DNA of 63,965 nt, counting the filler, from Chiloscyllium plagiosum (lineage: Eukaryota), in assembly GCF_004010195.1 (NCBI RefSeq). It is 4 parts of 2 records of this genome, joined end to end, with 100 filler letters (N's around TTAATTAATTAA, not from the genome) between each part and the next. Parts side by side here need not be neighbours in the genome. Positions count along the whole stretch, not along the records: positions 57,759 to 60,975 come from NC_057714.1; positions 61,076 to 63,965 come from NC_057715.1; 2 more parts are not named here. One strand, written 5' to 3'. The notes beneath the pieces were generated by a model, which made no database searches, was not told the origin of the DNA, and worked only from the letters and a program-made list of their open reading frames with translations. Position 1 is the stretch's first letter, and each line of letters starts with the position of its first letter. Of this stretch, positions 60,398 to 63,965 are shown piece by piece. A program made the position numbers and the translations under genes.

Positions 60398-61075
60398 ATA
60401 TCAAACCTACAGCTCAGCGAGCAAACCGACACCCTAAACCTCGGCCTGAGCTACAAACCTTCACAAACCTTGCAAAAATCACTGATCAATCCTGCACCAT
60501 CGGAGTCTAACTCATTTAGACATATCACAAACAGCAACGAACCCAACACTGATTTCTCTGGGTCTCTGCAGAACACAGTGATAATTATTGTATTTATTTT
60601 CTATCTTCCTGAACCCCTTGATTATTGTGTAGGTTTGGAATGATATTAGTATCTTCCACTGTGAAGACTGATGTAAAGCATTTATTCACCACCTCTCCTC
60701 TTTATTATTTTCTAGCCTTGTTCACGAAGGGCCTCTCTTCACTTTGGCTACTCTCTTCCTATTTAAAGAAACTCCTGCTGTCCATCTTAATATTTCTTGC
60801 AAACTTCACGTTATTTTCTCCATTTATATGATTTTTGATTGTCTTTTGTTGGTTTTTAGAACTTTCCCAATCCTATGGATTACCATAAACCACTGAAAAA
60901 TATGTTTTTTCTTTCAATCTTTAATTTTTCGAGTGAACCATGGTTAGTTATCCCAATCTGATAATCTTTGTTCCTNNNNNNNNNNNNNNNNNNNNNNNNN
61001 NNNNNNNNNNNNNNNNNNNTTAATTAATTAANNNNNNNNNNNNNNNNNNNNNNNNNNNNNNNNNNNNNNNNNNNN

Positions 61076-63965
61076 AGGGTCAGCACAGAGGAGGTGCTGC
61101 ACTGTCAGAGGGTCTGCACAGCGGAGGTGCTGCACTGTCAGTGGTTCAGATCATAGGAGTTGGTACATTGTCAAAAGGTCAGCACAGAGGAGGTGATGCA
61201 TTGTCAGATTGCCAGCACAGAGGAAGTGATACACTGTCAGATGGTCAGCTCCAAGGAAGTGCTGCATTGTCAAAGTGTAAGCACAGAGGCGATGCTGCAC
61301 TGTCAGAGGGTCAACACGGAGGCGGTGCTGCACTGTTAGAGAGTCAGTACAGAGGAAGTGCTGTGCTGTCAGACAGTCAGTACAGAGGAAGTGCTGTACT
61401 GTCAGACAGTCAGTACAGAGGATGTGCTGCACTGTCAGAGGGGCTGCACAGAGGAGGTGCTGAACTGTCAGAGGGTAAGCACAGTGGAGTTGGTGCATTG
61501 TCAAAGGGTCAGCACAGAGGTATTTCTGCACTGTCAGAGGGTCAGCACGATGGAGGTGCTGTACTGTCAGAGGGTCGGAACAGAGGAGGTGCTGCACCAT
61601 CAGAGCGTCAGCACAGAGGACGTTTTGCACCATGAGATGGTCAGCACAGCGGAGATGCTGCACTGTCAGAGGGTGAGCAGAGAGACGGTGGTGCATCATC
61701 AGAGGGTCAGCATAGAGGAAGAGTTTCAGCGTCAGAGCGTCAGCACAGTGGAGGTGCTGCACTGGCAACAGGCGAGCAGAGAGGAGGTCCGGCAGGTCAG
61801 AGGCTCAGCATGGATGATGTGCTGCACTGTCAGAGGGTCTGCACAGAGGAGGTGTTGCACTGTCACGGTCAGCACTGAGGAGGTGCTGCACCGTCACAGG
61901 GTCAGCGCAGAGGTAATGTTGCACTGTCAGATAGTCAGCACGGAGGAGGTGCTGTACTGTCAGAGAGTCAGTACAGAGGAGGTGCTGTACTGTCAGAGAA
62001 TCAGTACAGAGGAGGTGCTGTACTGTCAGATAGTCAGACCACAGGAGGTGCTGTACTGTCAGAGAGTCAGCACGGAGGAGGTGCTGTACTGTCAGAGAGT
62101 CAGTACAGAGGAGGTGCTGTACTGTCAGAGAGTCAGTATAGAGGAGGTGCTGCACTGTCAGAAGGTCAGTACAGAGGAGGTGCTGCACTGTCAGATGGTC
62201 AGCACGGAGGAGGTGCTCTACTGTCAGATAGTCAGCACAGAGGAGGTGCTGCACTGTCAGTGGTTCAGATCATAGGAGTTGGTACATTGTCAAAGGGTCA
62301 GCACAGAGGAGGTGATGCATTGTCAGATGGTCAGCACAGAGGAAGTGATACACTGTCAGATGGTCAGCACAGAGGAGGTGATGCATTGTCAGATGGTCAG
62401 CACAGAGGAAGGTGATACACTGTCAGATGGTCAGCACAGAGGAAGTGCTGCATTGTCAAAGGGTAAGCACAGAGGTGATGCTGCACTGTCAGAGGGTCAA
62501 CACGGAGGCGGTGCTGCACTGTCAGAGAGTCAGCACGGAGGAGGTGCTGCACTGTCAATAGACAGTACAGAGGAAGTGCTGTACTGTCAAACAGTCAGTA
62601 CAGAGGATGTGCTGCACTGTCAATAGACAGTACAGAGGATGTGCTGCACTGTCAGACAGTCAGTACAGAGGATGTGCTGCACTGTCAGAGGGGCTGCACA
62701 GAGGAGGTGCTGAACTGTCAGAGGGTAAGCACAGTGGAGTTGGTGCATTGTCAAAGGGTCAGCACAGAGGTATTTCTGCACTGTCAGAGGGTCAGCACGA
62801 TGGAGGTGCTGTACTGTCAGTGGGTCAGAACAGAGGAGGTGCTCACCATCAGACCGTCAGCACAGAGGACGAATTGCACCATGAGATGGTCAGCACAGCG
62901 GAGATGCTGCACTGTCAGAGGGTGAGCAGAGAAGCGGTGGTGCATCATCAGAGGGTCAGCATAGAGGAAGTGTTTCAGCGTCAGAGGGTCACCACAGTGG
63001 AGGTGCTGCACTGGCAACAGGCGAGCAGAGAGGAGGTGCGGCAGGTCAGAGGCTCAGCATAGATGATGTGCTGCACTGTCAGAGGGTCTGCACAGAGGAG
63101 GTGTTGCACTGTCACGGTCAGCACTGAGGAGGTGCTGCACTGTCACAGGGTCAGCGCAGAGGTAATGTTGCACTGTCAGAGAGTCAGCACGGAGGAGGTG
63201 CTGTACTGTCAGAGAGTCAGTACAGAGGAGGTGCTGTACTGTCAGAGAGTCAGTACAGAGGAGGTGCTGTACAGTCAGATAGTCAGACCACAGGAGGTGC
63301 TGTAATGTCAGAGAGTCAGCACGGAGGAGGTGCTGCACTGTCAGAGTCAGTACAGAGGAGGTGCTGTACTGTCAGAGATTCAGTACAGAGGAGGTGCTGC
63401 ACTGTCAAAGGGGCAGTACAGAGGAGGTGCTGCACTGTCAGAGGTTCAGCACATAGGAGGTGCTGAACTGTCAGAGGGTTCGTGCATTGTCAAAGGTTCA
63501 GCACAGAGGCGGTGCTGCAGTGTCAGAGGGTCAGCACAGAGGAGGTGCTGAATTGTCAGAGGGTAAGCACAGAGTAAGTGCAGAAGTGTGAGAGGGTCAG
63601 CCCAGAAGAGGCGTTGCATCATCAGAGGGTCAGCACAGAGGAGATGCTGCTCTGTCAAAGGATGAGCAGAGAGGATAGAATATGTGAGTGGCACAGTGTC
63701 AGAGGGTCAGCACAGAGGAGGTGCTGAAATGTCAGAGGGTCAGCACAGAGGAGGTGCTGAACTGTCAAAGGGTTAGCACAGAGGAGGTGCTGAACTGTCA
63801 GAGCGATAGCACTGCGGATGTGATGAACTGTCAGTGGGTCAGCACAGAGAAGGTGCTGCACTGTCAAAGGTTCAGCACAGAGGAGGTGCTGCATTGTCAC
63901 AGGGTCAGCACAGAGGAGATGCTGCACTGTCAGAGGGTCAGCACAGAGGAGGTGCTGAACTGTCA
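61076..63965. repeat. 33-bp satellite (GTCAGAGGGTCAGCACAGAGGAGGTGCTGCACT)n with higher-order duplication
   Basis: Visible tandem array; the 11-aa periodic ORFs (VSTEEVLHCQR) are by-products. Confidence 0.95.

Larger units (their letters stand above)
59059..60478. mobile_element. Penelope (GIY-YIG) insertion as head-to-head inverted duplication with 12-bp TSD, inside an old CR1
   Basis: NVIYKIPCKDCHKHYVGQTGRKLATRIHEH GIY-YIG motif; minus arm 59059 to about 59795 and plus arm about 59796 to 60478; tcactgatcaat at 59047-59058 and 60479-60490. Confidence 0.88.

Noticed and set aside
61141..63927. His/Cys-rich ORFs resembling zinc-finger or metal-binding proteins
   Set aside because: Translations of a 33-bp satellite that is open in several frames on both strands, with frequent frameshifts.

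Overview
This is repeat-dense vertebrate genomic DNA, very probably from a shark. It carries HE1-like tRNA-derived V-SINEs, HER1/CR1 LINEs with (CTATGACT)n and (TAATC)n tails, Rex1/Babar LINEs, many Penelope-like element (PLE) ends with minimal hammerhead-ribozyme cores, and a 33-bp satellite. Almost every ORF in the supplied track is a retroelement fragment or a satellite read-through. Hidden among the repeats, and not resolved by the ORF track, are two sets of small phase-1/phase-1 exons with canonical splice sites. (1) Six minus-strand exons (838-26054) splice into 197 stop-free codons of an acidic Ser/Thr/Asp-rich repeat protein with a thrice-invariant SDLMLNQLFQTQ motif. (2) Nine plus-strand microexons (30982-49740) lie in three tandem segmental units and encode three copies of a 39-aa Pro/Cys-rich repeat. 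I cannot assign either to a known gene. The two sets point away from each other across an artificial scaffold join (30280-30379) and I see no first exon for either, so they may be one gene split by a mis-oriented contig. Other features are a 36-bp minisatellite, a solo LTR with a 4-bp TSD, a Tigger-like MITE, fold-back Penelope insertions with TSDs, a templated inverted insertion, and four assembly gaps. Repeat family names and LINE/SINE boundaries are by-eye and approximate; exon, TSD and gap coordinates were counted.
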